From the NCBI GenBank assembly GCA_903888345.1, contig CAISTG010000004.1, positions 6,393 to 70,392 on the forward strand: a stretch of DNA of 64,000 bases, written 5' to 3'. Below are positions 10,010-20,221 of the stretch, in pieces (within the stretch, counting starts at the first letter, position 1; the number at the start of each line of letters is the position of its first letter). The notes beneath the pieces were generated by a model. It was not told the DNA's origin and did not search any database. It saw only the letters and a program-made list of their open reading frames with translations. The position numbers and the translations under genes were made by a program. The stretch is from Candidatus Buchananbacteria bacterium (GTDB taxonomy: Bacteria; Patescibacteriota; Patescibacteriia; 2-01-FULL-39-33).

Positions 10010-11026
10010 ATGACTAGCAACAATAAAACAATCGGTTTAGTGCCGGTGATAGCGGCAATTCTGGGTAATTTCACCGTTACCTTTTTGAAATTTGCCGCTT
10101 TTTTCTTTTCCGGTTCCAGTGCGATGTTTTCGGAAGGCATCCATAGTGTCGCGGACACCGCTAATCAGGTATTTTTAGCGGTCGGCTTGCGTCGGTCTAA
10201 AAAGCTACCGGATGAGGATTTCTTATATGGCTATGGTAACGAACGATTCTTTTGGGCGCTCATATCGGCCTGTGGTATTTTCTTTATCGGTGCCGGTGTT
10301 ACTATCTACAAGGGTATTAATACTTTACTTACTGCTGGTGAAGTTCACTTTAATTTTTTTACAGTTATTGTCTTGTTAGTGTCGTTCGTGATTGAGTCGA
10401 TTACTTTGGGTTTGGCGATTTACGAATTACGCACGCATAATCCCGGTAAGTCGGCGTTAGAAATTTATGCTGATGGTGATCCCTCCACTTTAGCCGTTTT
10501 ATTAGAAGACAGTGTCGCCTTAATTGGTATCTTGGTGGCGTTCGCCAGTATCGGTTTGAGTTATTTAACTGGCCAAACATATTTTGATGCTATCGGCTCG
10601 ATTATTATTGGTTTGATGTTAGCGGTCGTGGCGATTATTTTGATCACCAAGAATCGCGAATATTTAATTGGCCGTGCTATTCCTGATGATTTGCAAGATG
10701 ATATTATCGATGTTTTGGAGGCAGAACCGGCAATCGAAAAGATTTTAGACTTTAAATCCCAGACTCTTGATGTCGGCATTTATCGCATTAAGTGTGAGAT
10801 CGAATTTAATGGTTATGTCTTACTGAAAGAAATTTATCAATCGCGCGGCACGACCCTACGAGAGGACTATAATGATGTTAAAGATGATTTTGAAGAATTC
10901 AAAAAATTCTGCGCTGATTATGCTGATCGTTTACCGCGCTTAGTGGGTAAGAAAATCGATGATATTGAAAATACTCTAAAGCTGAAGTATCCTAGTATTA
11001 AGTATATCGATATTGAAATCAATTAA
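10010..11026 (+). CDS. Cation diffusion facilitator (CDF) transporter
   Basis: 'SSAMFSEGIHSVADTANQ', 'YGYGNERF', 'LLED', 'FDAIGSIIIG'. Confidence 0.92.
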   Translation: MTSNNKTIGLVPVIAAILGNFTVTFLKFAAFFFSGSSAMFSEGIHSVADTANQVFLAVGLRRSKKLPDEDFLYGYGNERFFWALISACGIFFIGAGVTIYKGINTLLTAGEVHFNFFTVIVLLVSFVIESITLGLAIYELRTHNPGKSALEIYADGDPSTLAVLLEDSVALIGILVAFASIGLSYLTGQTYFDAIGSIIIGLMLAVVAIILITKNREYLIGRAIPDDLQDDIIDVLEAEPAIEKILDFKSQTLDVGIYRIKCEIEFNGYVLLKEIYQSRGTTLREDYNDVKDDFEEFKKFCADYADRLPRLVGKKIDDIENTLKLKYPSIKYIDIEIN

Positions 11027-11079
11027 AATTTACGATAAAAAAATCCCGCTGCTATGGCGGGATTTTTTAATGAGATTAT

Positions 11080-14000
11080 TTATCTGACTTTATCAGTCAA
11101 GATGGTGAAAATTGTTTTGATACCCTTGTCGACGTTTTTGATGTTTTTGAGACTAACGGATTCATCGCCGACATAACCCATCATTTCATTTTTGGCGGCA
11201 TTAAAGGAGAAGTGCATATCGCCTAATTGCTCGGCGGCTAGATGGTTGATTGGCGGTGGTACATCAAAATTTAATTCGCCACCCTTGTAAGAAATATTCT
11301 TGACAGCGAAATCGGCAGCGTCGGCAGCTGAGTATTCTTTGGCAACGCCGAAGTGACGGAAGATACTATCTAATGATTTGCCAATGCCCCGTTCGTTATG
11401 AGTATTGGCCATCAAGTCAGTTACTTTTTGCCATTCACTCATAGTTGCAGAGTCTTGGTAACTCTCGACATTAGTTGGTAGCGGGAAAATTTCAGAAGTT
11501 GGTGCAGTGACTTGTTCGACGCCGGTAGTAGCGAGTGTTTCGGAGGTACCGCCGGTCCCAGTCATTAAGTGCTCAGTTCTTAGCGGACCAACGGGTAAGT
11601 TATCGGGAATATGACCAGTTGCGTTGGCGGCGTGAATAGCTGCTTCCTGCGATTGTTGTAAGGCATGGGCGGCGGCATCGGCCGATAATCCTTGATTATG
11701 TAGTTGGCTCATCGTGTCATAGGCCTGTTGATTCAGATGGATGCCTTTGGGTAGATGTTCGACAACCTGTTGATTGAAAGCATTATTGGCTTCGATATGT
11801 TTAACCGCTTCGGCTGATAAATTACTGGCTTGCTCGGCGAAGGATTCCTTATTAAACATTCCACCGATTACTTCGTTGAAGTGATCGTTCTGGGAAATTT
11901 TTTCTAAGTCAGCAGGAGTTAAAATATCAATGTTAGCCCCTTTATGTAAGCCAAAGAGTTCGGGATTTTTAGCAATTTGATCTTTGATGTTATCAATGAT
12001 GTGAGTTTCTCGGCCGTCAGAAATACTGGGGGCATGTAAATGATTAATTAAGGTATCAACTTTTTTATCAATGAGGCCCCAGAGGTGAGGAGACTTGTCG
12101 CCATGAACGCCTCGCATTTCTTTAATGGCATCGGCAAGTGGATTAACTTTCGGAGCTTCGATAACCGCGGCAGCAGCACCCGTTGGGTGTGCTTGTTCTA
12201 CTGCGGCAGCAGCAACATTAGGACTGGTCGGAGTGCCGGCCTCAATGGGAGTCCCCCAATGTGAATGAATATAATCCATGGCCACATGACCAATGGTTGG
12301 TGCCAGCGCCGCCGCTAGACCAACGGTAATCATGCCACCATATTTGAGTAAATCCTTTTTTTGTTTATCTGAAAGAGCGCTATCTTTGAGGGTTTGTAAT
12401 TTAAGCGCTAGTGATTCTGGTGTGTCATTATCGGTGATTTTCATGGCTTCATAATCATTATTGCCCCACTTTTTTTCACCAATTGCTTTAAAAGCTCTTT
12501 CTGCTGTCCACATGGCCATCGGAACACGGGTAATCCACATTTCACGAGCCGCAATAGTTCCAAGGCCCAGTAAGACAGCCGTGAACGCTCGTTGATAATT
12601 ATTACCGCCACCCTTAACCATGAAGCCACTAATGGCTGATGTGACTTTTTGTGGAAACTTTAATATTCGACTATCAGATCGTTTAATTTTATCTGATAAT
12701 CCCTCGATTGCAGTCATTTCTTTCTCGAATGTTTTCTGATCAATTTTCTGAAGTGTTGATAATGATTTAATAATATCAGCACGTTTTTCTACTTCAACAT
12801 CAGCTAGTAATTCATCATTATCTTTAATAAAATCATTGAAGACAAATTTGCGATTGCCGTTGATACGTTTTTGTTGGGTGATGGCCGCTTCAGTAAAAAA
12901 TTGTTTTAAGAAAGCCTCCCGACTGTCGGGATCAGCTTCGAGGGCAGCTCGCATTTTGGCATACTTGGCATCAACTAGCTTCTTTTGTCTGCGGTCGGTG
13001 ACAAAATTATCAACCACTCTTGCTCCGGCGATTGTTGCCACGGTGCCGATACCGGCAGTGGCGCCAGTTAAGAGAGCGGCGGCCCCAACACCGGCACCAA
13101 TGCCAAGATAAACACCAAATTTTGTTAGTTTTGCTTTACGAGCCGCAGCAATGTTTGTGCTGGCCTCATCAGCGGTAGTGACATCAGCTAAACGCCCAGC
13201 ATTGATTTCAATCAAAGCTAGTTTTCTTAATCGTTCTTCCTGGTTACTGATTAAATCCTCGGCTTGTTCTAAGGTTAAGCCGGTTTCTTTGGCTAGTTGA
13301 TTGGCTAATAATTTTTGTTTAGTTTGGTGATCAAGGCTTTTGCTGTCGAGTAGGGTAGCTAATAGCTCTTTACGCAAAGCTTCTTGTGAAATTGTTTTCT
13401 TGCCTTCGGGCGAGAAAATATCTTTGATAGTTTGACTACCTTTCATGATAAGCTCTTCAACCTTACTGGATTTAACAAATTCAGCTTGAGCCGCAGCTGT
13501 AGCCTTAATTTCATCTTCAGTGAGAATACGTCCTTCTGTCCTGGATGTTTTCGCTAAAAGTTCTCTGAGTTGGGTTTGATTAGAGATGTTTCTAATGTTA
13601 GGTTGGTTCTCGGCTTTAGTGGCCTTTGGTTTACGTTTTGGTTTGGGGATTGGCGGGGGAGTGGCGTTATCTTCCACGATAGGCTCTGTTTCTTCTACGG
13701 CTGGGGCCGGTGTTTCTGCCGGTTCAACGGTTGACTCTACAGCTGGTTCATTTGCCTGCTGTTCTTCCCATTGATTATGCCAAACAAACATAATGCTATT
13801 ATATGTTTCATAATCCTCTTCAATTTCGATTTGCAAAACAGTTAAAATATCAAGAGTCTCGTTTGGTTTTAATTTTTCAGTGGCCTTTTTTAATCTTTCT
13901 TCAAATCTCGCTTTTATATCAAGCAACTTTTGTCGCATTCGTGGATTAATTAGATCTTTATTGTCTTCGTATAACTGATTAAATTCTCCAATCTTGGCGC

Positions 14001-15261
14001 TAACTATTGCCGCCCTTAATCTAATCTCTTCTTTTTCTCCAGCAGAGATGATTGTCTCGGGCGCTGGTGGAGGAGCAGTTTCGTGATTTGTTGGCGCAGT
14101 AGTCCCTGCGGCTTCGCGCTCAGCATCAGCGACCATTCTTTCAAAATCAATAGTTGGTGTTGTTGTTGGAACTTCGCCAATTGGTTTGGGATTGCGACTT
14201 TCCCAATTAAAAAGCTTTTCATCGACTACGTGATGGTGCCATTGTTGATAGCCCGGTTCCTGTTCTCCAACTGGGGCACTCTGGGTTAATTGTGAGATAT
14301 AAGCGCGGCGGTTATTTTCCCACTCAGTTAACGTCATTATTTTTTTCTCCGTCGTTTTTCTGGGTTCAGTTGGCGCTGGATTGGGTTGGTTTTCAGTTAG
14401 GGGAGGCTGTTGGTTAACTGGAGTTTCGACTACATGAATCTGTGTGTCAGTAGTTAATGGTGCAGTTGTCTCACTATTTAATAGTGGTTCTGGAAGGGGT
14501 GCTTCTGGTATTGGAGCGACGTTTGAATTTTCAAGTGGCGGCACTGGGGGTTTCGGCGCCTTGGCCGTCTCGATTATTTTTCTAACGATGCGCATTCTCT
14601 CTTCGCCTCGTTTTAAGATATCTTCAAATTCTCTAGCAGCATCAGCGGCAGTTACTTCACCTTGATTTTTACGATAAAGAATATCATAAGTGGTGCGTGT
14701 TTCATTAGCAACAAAATCTCGATAAGCATCACCTAATTTAAATTTTGGATCTACTTGAGATAAATCTCTTATTATACCTGCATAGGTTTTAAATTGGGTA
14801 TTTACTCTATTTTGCATGTCCGTCATTCTGGCAAGGTCAGCTTCAGATTCAACTGACATTGGGGGGCGCTCTGGGGTTGGTTCAATTGGTGCCGGATTGG
14901 ATTCAACTGAAGTGGTCACATCAGCTAAACGTTCTTCAGTGGTCGCGACTAAGCCTTGCACTTGCTCGGCATTTTTTTCGATTATAGCGGCATCGGCTGA
15001 TTCCTCGATCGGTTCAGTTGGCTGTAACTCTAAAACAGCGGCAGCGGCTGTTTCAGCTTGCTGCTGCTTTTCTTGGGCGGCTTTAATAACTTCAGCAACT
15101 GGCGCTGCTTCTTGCTCCCCGGACGCATTAGCGTTAGCTTCAGCTGCTTGACGTGCTTTAATTTCAGCTTGATTTTTTATCCATTCCTGCTGTGCCTTGA
15201 GTCCATCCTCAGGGCTTTCGCCTTTATCCTTAGTGAGTTTTTTTCTCTTGTTATCCGCCAT
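11080..15261 (-). CDS. Large (1393 aa) hypothetical protein with Pro/Glu-rich low-complexity stretches and central hydrophobic helices
   Basis: Uninterrupted ORF; hydrophobic Gly/Ala-rich segments such as 'FGVYLGIGAGVGAAALLTG'. Confidence 0.75.
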   Translation of the reverse strand: MADNKRKKLTKDKGESPEDGLKAQQEWIKNQAEIKARQAAEANANASGEQEAAPVAEVIKAAQEKQQQAETAAAAVLELQPTEPIEESADAAIIEKNAEQVQGLVATTEERLADVTTSVESNPAPIEPTPERPPMSVESEADLARMTDMQNRVNTQFKTYAGIIRDLSQVDPKFKLGDAYRDFVANETRTTYDILYRKNQGEVTAADAAREFEDILKRGEERMRIVRKIIETAKAPKPPVPPLENSNVAPIPEAPLPEPLLNSETTAPLTTDTQIHVVETPVNQQPPLTENQPNPAPTEPRKTTEKKIMTLTEWENNRRAYISQLTQSAPVGEQEPGYQQWHHHVVDEKLFNWESRNPKPIGEVPTTTPTIDFERMVADAEREAAGTTAPTNHETAPPPAPETIISAGEKEEIRLRAAIVSAKIGEFNQLYEDNKDLINPRMRQKLLDIKARFEERLKKATEKLKPNETLDILTVLQIEIEEDYETYNSIMFVWHNQWEEQQANEPAVESTVEPAETPAPAVEETEPIVEDNATPPPIPKPKRKPKATKAENQPNIRNISNQTQLRELLAKTSRTEGRILTEDEIKATAAAQAEFVKSSKVEELIMKGSQTIKDIFSPEGKKTISQEALRKELLATLLDSKSLDHQTKQKLLANQLAKETGLTLEQAEDLISNQEERLRKLALIEINAGRLADVTTADEASTNIAAARKAKLTKFGVYLGIGAGVGAAALLTGATAGIGTVATIAGARVVDNFVTDRRQKKLVDAKYAKMRAALEADPDSREAFLKQFFTEAAITQQKRINGNRKFVFNDFIKDNDELLADVEVEKRADIIKSLSTLQKIDQKTFEKEMTAIEGLSDKIKRSDSRILKFPQKVTSAISGFMVKGGGNNYQRAFTAVLLGLGTIAAREMWITRVPMAMWTAERAFKAIGEKKWGNNDYEAMKITDNDTPESLALKLQTLKDSALSDKQKKDLLKYGGMITVGLAAALAPTIGHVAMDYIHSHWGTPIEAGTPTSPNVAAAAVEQAHPTGAAAAVIEAPKVNPLADAIKEMRGVHGDKSPHLWGLIDKKVDTLINHLHAPSISDGRETHIIDNIKDQIAKNPELFGLHKGANIDILTPADLEKISQNDHFNEVIGGMFNKESFAEQASNLSAEAVKHIEANNAFNQQVVEHLPKGIHLNQQAYDTMSQLHNQGLSADAAAHALQQSQEAAIHAANATGHIPDNLPVGPLRTEHLMTGTGGTSETLATTGVEQVTAPTSEIFPLPTNVESYQDSATMSEWQKVTDLMANTHNERGIGKSLDSIFRHFGVAKEYSAADAADFAVKNISYKGGELNFDVPPPINHLAAEQLGDMHFSFNAAKNEMMGYVGDESVSLKNIKNVDKGIKTIFTILTDKVR

Positions 15262-15265
15262 AAGA

Positions 15266-15448
15266 TTATTTTATTTTCTTTAGGATTGCTTGGATTTTTT
15301 TATCATCAGACTTGCGATTAAGACGATCGATAATTTTTATTCTCTCCGCTTTAAGCAAAGCCAGTTCATATTCGAACTCGCGATAGATGTTGTCTATTTT
15401 TTTAAGCGCCGCTTGCAGCTGTTGCTGCGAAAGTGCTTTAGTGGCCAT
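15266..15448 (-). CDS. Small coiled-coil hypothetical protein
   Basis: ORF tightly packed between two same-strand genes. Confidence 0.6.
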   Translation of the reverse strand: MATKALSQQQLQAALKKIDNIYREFEYELALLKAERIKIIDRLNRKSDDKKIQAILKKIK

Positions 15449-15460
15449 AATAATTTGGCG

Positions 15461-15775
15461 TTACTTTTGTGAAGCAGTAATAAAGTCGGTAGCAAATTCC
15501 GCTAATGCCGCCTGGATTTTTTGTTCGACGTTAGGAATTTTTTCTTGATAGAATTTTTCGACAGCGCGAAAATCCGGCTGTGGTTCAACCGACATTAACT
15601 CGCTGAATTCCGTGAGTGCGGCTTCGTCTAAGTTTTCCATTAAGGCAATACCTAAACGGCGATTAACCTGCTCTTTGAGCTTTTCGATATATTGCGCTTT
15701 GAAATCAGTTGGTAAATTAAGCTTAGATTCTCTCAGTAGATTTTCCACAAAGAGATTTAAAGGTTCTTGGTCCAT
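15461..15775 (-). CDS. Hypothetical protein (DUF5663-like, common in CPR)
   Basis: Helical 104 aa protein, 'RRLGIALMENL...KIPN' pattern. Confidence 0.6.
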   Translation of the reverse strand: MDQEPLNLFVENLLRESKLNLPTDFKAQYIEKLKEQVNRRLGIALMENLDEAALTEFSELMSVEPQPDFRAVEKFYQEKIPNVEQKIQAALAEFATDFITASQK

Positions 15776-15882
15776 AGAAATGGTTTTAGATGATTTAGGT
15801 TGAATTAATTATAACATAATTTTGAGATTTATTGAAAAGATATCTATATAAATATTATGAATAACTAATGATATTGCCTCTC

Positions 15883-16049
15883 GTCACTTTTTTCTAGAAA
15901 AAAGTAACCAAAAAAGTCGCGACGGTCATAAAACATGGCCAAATTTTAAACTTCATTCACTAAACCAAAAACGCTGTCGCTGTTTTGGTTTGCCCTAACG
16001 GGCCGTTCATTCCCGTTTAAAATTGGCACAAGTTTTATTCATGTCGCCC
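15883..16049. repeat. Structured rod-like repeat, copy 1
   Basis: Long imperfect hairpin plus end hairpin GTCACTTTTTTCTAGAAAAAAGTAAC; homologous in inverted orientation to 16090-16260. Confidence 0.7.
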
Positions 16050-16089
16050 TTGGCAGAATTTTCATATATTTTAATTTCTTATTTTTGTT

Positions 16090-16260
16090 CCCGTCCCCGT
16101 CTTGCCACCATTTGAAAATATTGTGCTGATTTTATGCGGGAACGACTCAAAAATTATCGCAAGCGACAGCGTCAGATAATTTTTAGGAGTGAAGCATAAA
16201 ATTCAGCCATGATTTTCATCCGGTGGCGATTCTTGCTCCACTTCTTCTAAAGAAGTGGAA
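16090..16260. repeat. Structured rod-like repeat, copy 2
   Basis: GCCACC/GGTGGC, TTTTATGC/GCATAAAA and AAAAATTATC/GATAATTTTT pairings; shared loop AGCGACAGCG; end hairpin CCACTTCTTCTAAAGAAGTGG. Confidence 0.7.
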
Positions 16261-16501
16261 AAGGTTAATTCATAAAAACTAGATTCCTGGTCAGGCAAGG
16301 AATGACGCAACTATGTGGATTGCTATATTTTTTCCACTAGTTGGTAATTCATGGGAGAATTAGTCAATCATTGTAGCTAATTGGATATCTTTCAATTAAG
16401 TTTAGGTGGTTGTACTAATGATTGCAAAGAGAATAAGCAGTAAAAAAAAGAAGCGCCGTCCGGAAAACCGGGCGGCGCAATTGTAGATAAAAATGTTCGA
16501 T

Positions 16502-16849
16502 CTAGGAGAGTTTTAACTCTCCTTCCTTATACCAACCAACACCGCCCTGATCGTGGCGTACAATGAAGACTTTGCCTTGGGTCGTCATCCTTTCATCGAT
16601 AATTATTCCCCTGGCATTTGGTATGCGCTTGCCTCCGAACGTGTCGGTATTGATCTCAGCCGGGGTGATGACTTTGGTTCCGTACCGCATGTTTTTTGGT
16701 TTGGTCGACCGATACAGGAACCAATAGATTGTTGCCGCGATACCCCAGCTCAATACGGCAAATTGCCAGTGGAGGGTCGATACGAATACAAGTGCGAACA
16801 ACATACAGAGGGTCGCGAAAAATTCCAGACTCGACTTATACTTGCTCAT
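16502..16849 (-). CDS. Small membrane protein with two TM helices and a small beta-rich C-terminal domain (accessory unit)
   Basis: SD AAGGAG; promoter TTGACA(17006-17001)-17-TATACT(16983-16978). Confidence 0.7.
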   Translation of the reverse strand: MSKYKSSLEFFATLCMLFALVFVSTLHWQFAVLSWGIAATIYWFLYRSTKPKNMRYGTKVITPAEINTDTFGGKRIPNARGIIIDERMTTQGKVFIVRHDQGGVGWYKEGELKLS

Positions 16850-17121
16850 CTTTAGACTCCTTTCCTCTTTGAGGATTGTATTTCGGTTAACTTAATTCTC
16901 TGGTTTTAGGATAAAAAGTAGAAAATTTACTTATTGTCCTAAAATCAAGTAATTACGCCATTTCGCTAATAATTAGTAGTATAACATACAAAATATAATT
17001 TGTCAATTATTTAATGGGTTAATCACTGTTAAATTAGGGAAATATATTTAATCAATTTAATAATATTTATCTAAATTTAAACAAAATATCAATTATTATT
17101 ACTAAATAGTGGATAAAGTAC

Positions 17122-17150
17122 TTGACAAAATATGATAGTTGTGCTATACT
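17122..17150 (+). promoter_or_regulatory. sigma70 promoter TTGACA-17-TATACT with extended TG
   Basis: Direct consensus match upstream of the 17245 ORF. Confidence 0.85.
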
Positions 17151-17244
17151 GATATATTACACTAAGTTTGGCAAAAGGCCAGGCTAGGGTGTAGGGACCT
17201 ACAAAAACAGGGAATAATCCCTAAAACAAAAGAAAGGGCATACT

Positions 17245-18066
17245 ATGCCTGACAACGACACGAACGCCAACGTCAACGTTACCGAAACCGCAGCGACTCA
17301 GAAGGCTTCATGGAGCGAGCGGAGCAGGGCCTTTTTCCGCAAGATCAACCTGAGGAAGGTTGCTCCCATTGCCATGTTCGCCAGCTTCACCGTTTTGCTC
17401 CTCGTCGCTCTGATCCTGATCGGTATGCAGGCCGCCCAGGAAGTGAACTCAGTCAAAGCGACGGCCAATCAGGCGCTGTCTTTGGCCGCAACCACCTCCG
17501 ATCGGGTCGACACCGCCGAACAGGGGATTGCCCTACTCGCCGGAGAAAATCAGGCGCAGAATCAGCGCTTGACCGCCGTGGAACAAGCGACAGTGGTCGC
17601 GAGCGAAACTGCCACTGCTGCTGTCGCCAAAGCGGACACAGCCAATTCGCGGTTGAACGCGAAGAAGAAGGCCGATAACCAGTTGCACAAGCAGCATGTC
17701 GCCTACATCCGCGGTGCCAATCCTGACAGTCCGATTGCCAAGAAGAGCAACGCTGAAATCGAGGCGTTGCTCAATGATGGCATCTGGAACATCGAAGGCG
17801 ATATTCAGACCGAGTTTGATCGGCTGATCGCTCTCGCTGCTGCCCAGGCCAAGCAGACGGCCGACAGTGTCGTGGAGACTGCCAAGCTGACCGCCACCAA
17901 GTTGGAAGCGGTTGACGTGACGGCGACAAAGGCGCTTGCTGCCGGCGACACCGCAGTCTCGGGGATCAAAGTGATCGCCGATCAGCCTAACAAGCTTTTT
18001 GGCAAGTCGGTCAACGGCGACTCCAAGAAGACTCTCCAAGAGCTGGTGGCCACTTACTCCAAGTAA
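17245..18066 (+). CDS. Membrane-anchored Ala-rich coiled-coil protein (accessory unit)
   Basis: Single TM helix then heptad-like Ala/Thr-rich helix; GC-rich third positions; SD-like GAAAGGG. Confidence 0.75.
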   Translation: MPDNDTNANVNVTETAATQKASWSERSRAFFRKINLRKVAPIAMFASFTVLLLVALILIGMQAAQEVNSVKATANQALSLAATTSDRVDTAEQGIALLAGENQAQNQRLTAVEQATVVASETATAAVAKADTANSRLNAKKKADNQLHKQHVAYIRGANPDSPIAKKSNAEIEALLNDGIWNIEGDIQTEFDRLIALAAAQAKQTADSVVETAKLTATKLEAVDVTATKALAAGDTAVSGIKVIADQPNKLFGKSVNGDSKKTLQELVATYSK

Positions 18067-18240
18067 GCGACCACACCAAAAAAACGTTCATTTTCGACCA
18101 AACCGGACGGAGCAACAATTGCTCCGTCTTTTCTTTTGTCTAAAAATATCTATTGTGGATAATCAGTACTAATTTATTAGCTTGTAACTCCGAATTATGT
18201 TATAATTAAATTAACTTTGTTAAGTAAGTGGCAACTTAAA

Positions 18241-19635
18241 ATGAACAAAATCAATAAAACTTCGCTCAAGGTCCTCAACTTGTTTTTGGTAGTAGTTTTT
18301 TTAGTGGTGTCTGGCTTTGGTTGCAGCTTGCAATCAGCCCAACAAACCGCTGCGATTGCGCCGATAACTCTAACTTATTGGCGTGTTTGGGATGATCAAG
18401 ATGCTTTCGATCAAGTGATTCGCGATTATCAATTAATCCATCCTAACGTTACAATTAATTACCGCAAATTTCGATATGAAGAATTTGAGGCGGAATTATT
18501 GAACGCTTTAGCCGAAGATCGCGGTCCGGATATTTTTTCTATCCCGGAAGCCTTATTAAAAAAATATCAATCGAAACTCACACCAATGCCCGCTCAGTTA
18601 AAGCTTGGTTATATTGTTGAAAAAAGTTATTTTGGCATCAAAAAAGAACAGGTAGTTGAAATTCGTACCGATAAAACACCAACCTTGCGGGAGATTAAAG
18701 ATCAATATGCGGATACGGTTTATGCCGATGCTGTTATTGATAATCAGGTTTATGGTTTGCCGCTGAGTTTGGATACCTTAGTCATGTATTACAATAAGGA
18801 CATTCTTAATCAGGCGGGGATTGCGCAGTTACCGATCGATTGGAAAACTTTTCAGGAGGACGTCGTTAAGATGACTAAGTTCGAAACGCAGAATGTTATT
18901 TTACAATCCGGCACAGCTTTGGGCACTGGTTATAATGTCGAACGAATGTTTGATATTTTATCGGTGTTAATGATGCAAAATGGCGCCATCATGGCTAATG
19001 CACAGGGTTATCCGACGTTTTTTTCGAATATTAAAGTTGGTGGCCAAACCATTAATCCGGGCTTAACAGCACTCCAGTTTTATGCTGATTTCGCCTTGCC
19101 ACTGAAACAAGTTTATAGCTGGAACAATACCATGGACAATTCTTTGTCGGCTTTTATGGCGGGCAAAGTTGGTTTTTTCTTTGGTTATAATTATCATTTA
19201 GCGCAAATTCGATCGCAATCCCGCGTTAATTTCGGTATTGCTCCATTACCACAGATTGCCGGTAATCCAGTAAAAAATTATGCCAACTATTGGTTGGAAG
19301 TGGTGTCAAAAAAATCAAAGTATCAGAACGAGGCCTGGGATTTTATTTTATTTGCTAATAAACCGGCCGAAGTTAAGAAGTATTTAGCTGAGACTAATCG
19401 ACCGACCGCACAAAAGGCGTTGATTGCCTCGCAACAAGATAGTGAAGACTTGCACGCTTCCGTTGGCCAGATTTTAACGGCTGCTACTTGGTATCGGGGA
19501 CAGGACGTTAATGCGGCTGAGTTAGCCTTTAAAGAAATGGCTGAAAGATTTTTGTTAGTCACTATTAATAGTGAAATCAGTAACGTAATGTCAGTCGCGA
19601 CTCAAAAAGTAACGCAAACGATTAATGCCCAGTAG
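18241..19635 (+). CDS. Extracellular solute-binding lipoprotein (sugar ABC SBP-like)
   Basis: Lipobox-like 'SGFGC'; 'ITLTYW', 'GPDIF', 'YGLPLSLDTLVMYYNKDIL', 'EAWDFI'. Confidence 0.88.
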   Translation: MNKINKTSLKVLNLFLVVVFLVVSGFGCSLQSAQQTAAIAPITLTYWRVWDDQDAFDQVIRDYQLIHPNVTINYRKFRYEEFEAELLNALAEDRGPDIFSIPEALLKKYQSKLTPMPAQLKLGYIVEKSYFGIKKEQVVEIRTDKTPTLREIKDQYADTVYADAVIDNQVYGLPLSLDTLVMYYNKDILNQAGIAQLPIDWKTFQEDVVKMTKFETQNVILQSGTALGTGYNVERMFDILSVLMMQNGAIMANAQGYPTFFSNIKVGGQTINPGLTALQFYADFALPLKQVYSWNNTMDNSLSAFMAGKVGFFFGYNYHLAQIRSQSRVNFGIAPLPQIAGNPVKNYANYWLEVVSKKSKYQNEAWDFILFANKPAEVKKYLAETNRPTAQKALIASQQDSEDLHASVGQILTAATWYRGQDVNAAELAFKEMAERFLLVTINSEISNVMSVATQKVTQTINAQ

Positions 19636-19685
19636 CGATTGTCTTTTTAGTAAAATTATCGTTTTTTTGTTATAATTAAACCATT

Positions 19686-20207
19686 GTGAAAAACCAAAAA
19701 CTTCGAGCGATTGTGATGATGGTAGTTATTGTGAGCGGGCTAGCAGTAGCCGGTAATGCTTTAGCATTGGGCTACGCTTTAAAAGATGTGCCTTGCGCTC
19801 AAATTGGAACGACTGGTGCCGGTGGTTATGAAATGGCGCCGAGTTGTGGGCCCTGCGATCTAATCAGAGTCGGAGTCAATTTGACTAACATGATTATGGC
19901 AGTTAGTGGTAGTATTGCCTTACTGATGTTCGTGTTGGCGGGCGTGATGATGATTGCCTCTTTTGTTAATCCGAAATGGGTGACTACGGCTAAGGATACC
20001 GTTAAATATACTATTATTGGATTATTTCTGATTTTTAGTTCTTATACGATTGTTAATTTCGTCATCTCGGCGCTTTATGGCGGTGTCGGAGATATGGGCG
20101 TCTTACAGGGAAATTATGCCGCGATTACTGGTAAAGCCAATTGGGGCGTTTGTAGTAGTGCGAATTTAGGTACTGGTGCAGCCGGAACTCCGGCAGCGAC
20201 CAAGTAA
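19686..20207 (+). CDS. VirB2/TrbC-like pilin with Cys-containing extensions
   Basis: Signal peptide; two TM helices joined by 'AKDTVKYTIIGLFLIFSSYTIVNFV'. Confidence 0.75.
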   Translation: MKNQKLRAIVMMVVIVSGLAVAGNALALGYALKDVPCAQIGTTGAGGYEMAPSCGPCDLIRVGVNLTNMIMAVSGSIALLMFVLAGVMMIASFVNPKWVTTAKDTVKYTIIGLFLIFSSYTIVNFVISALYGGVGDMGVLQGNYAAITGKANWGVCSSANLGTGAAGTPAATK

Positions 20208-20221
20208 TTCAATTTGAAGAT

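Noticed and set aside
5414-11070. tRNA-Ser as an integration site with an att duplication
   Set aside because: I found no repeat of the tRNA 3' end and no integrase in the window
17310-18039. Overlapping and antisense ORFs in GC-rich genes (also 8000-8902, 61688-62293 and many short antisense ORFs in the track)
   Set aside because: Shadow frames expected from codon bias; no SD, promoter or recognisable motifs
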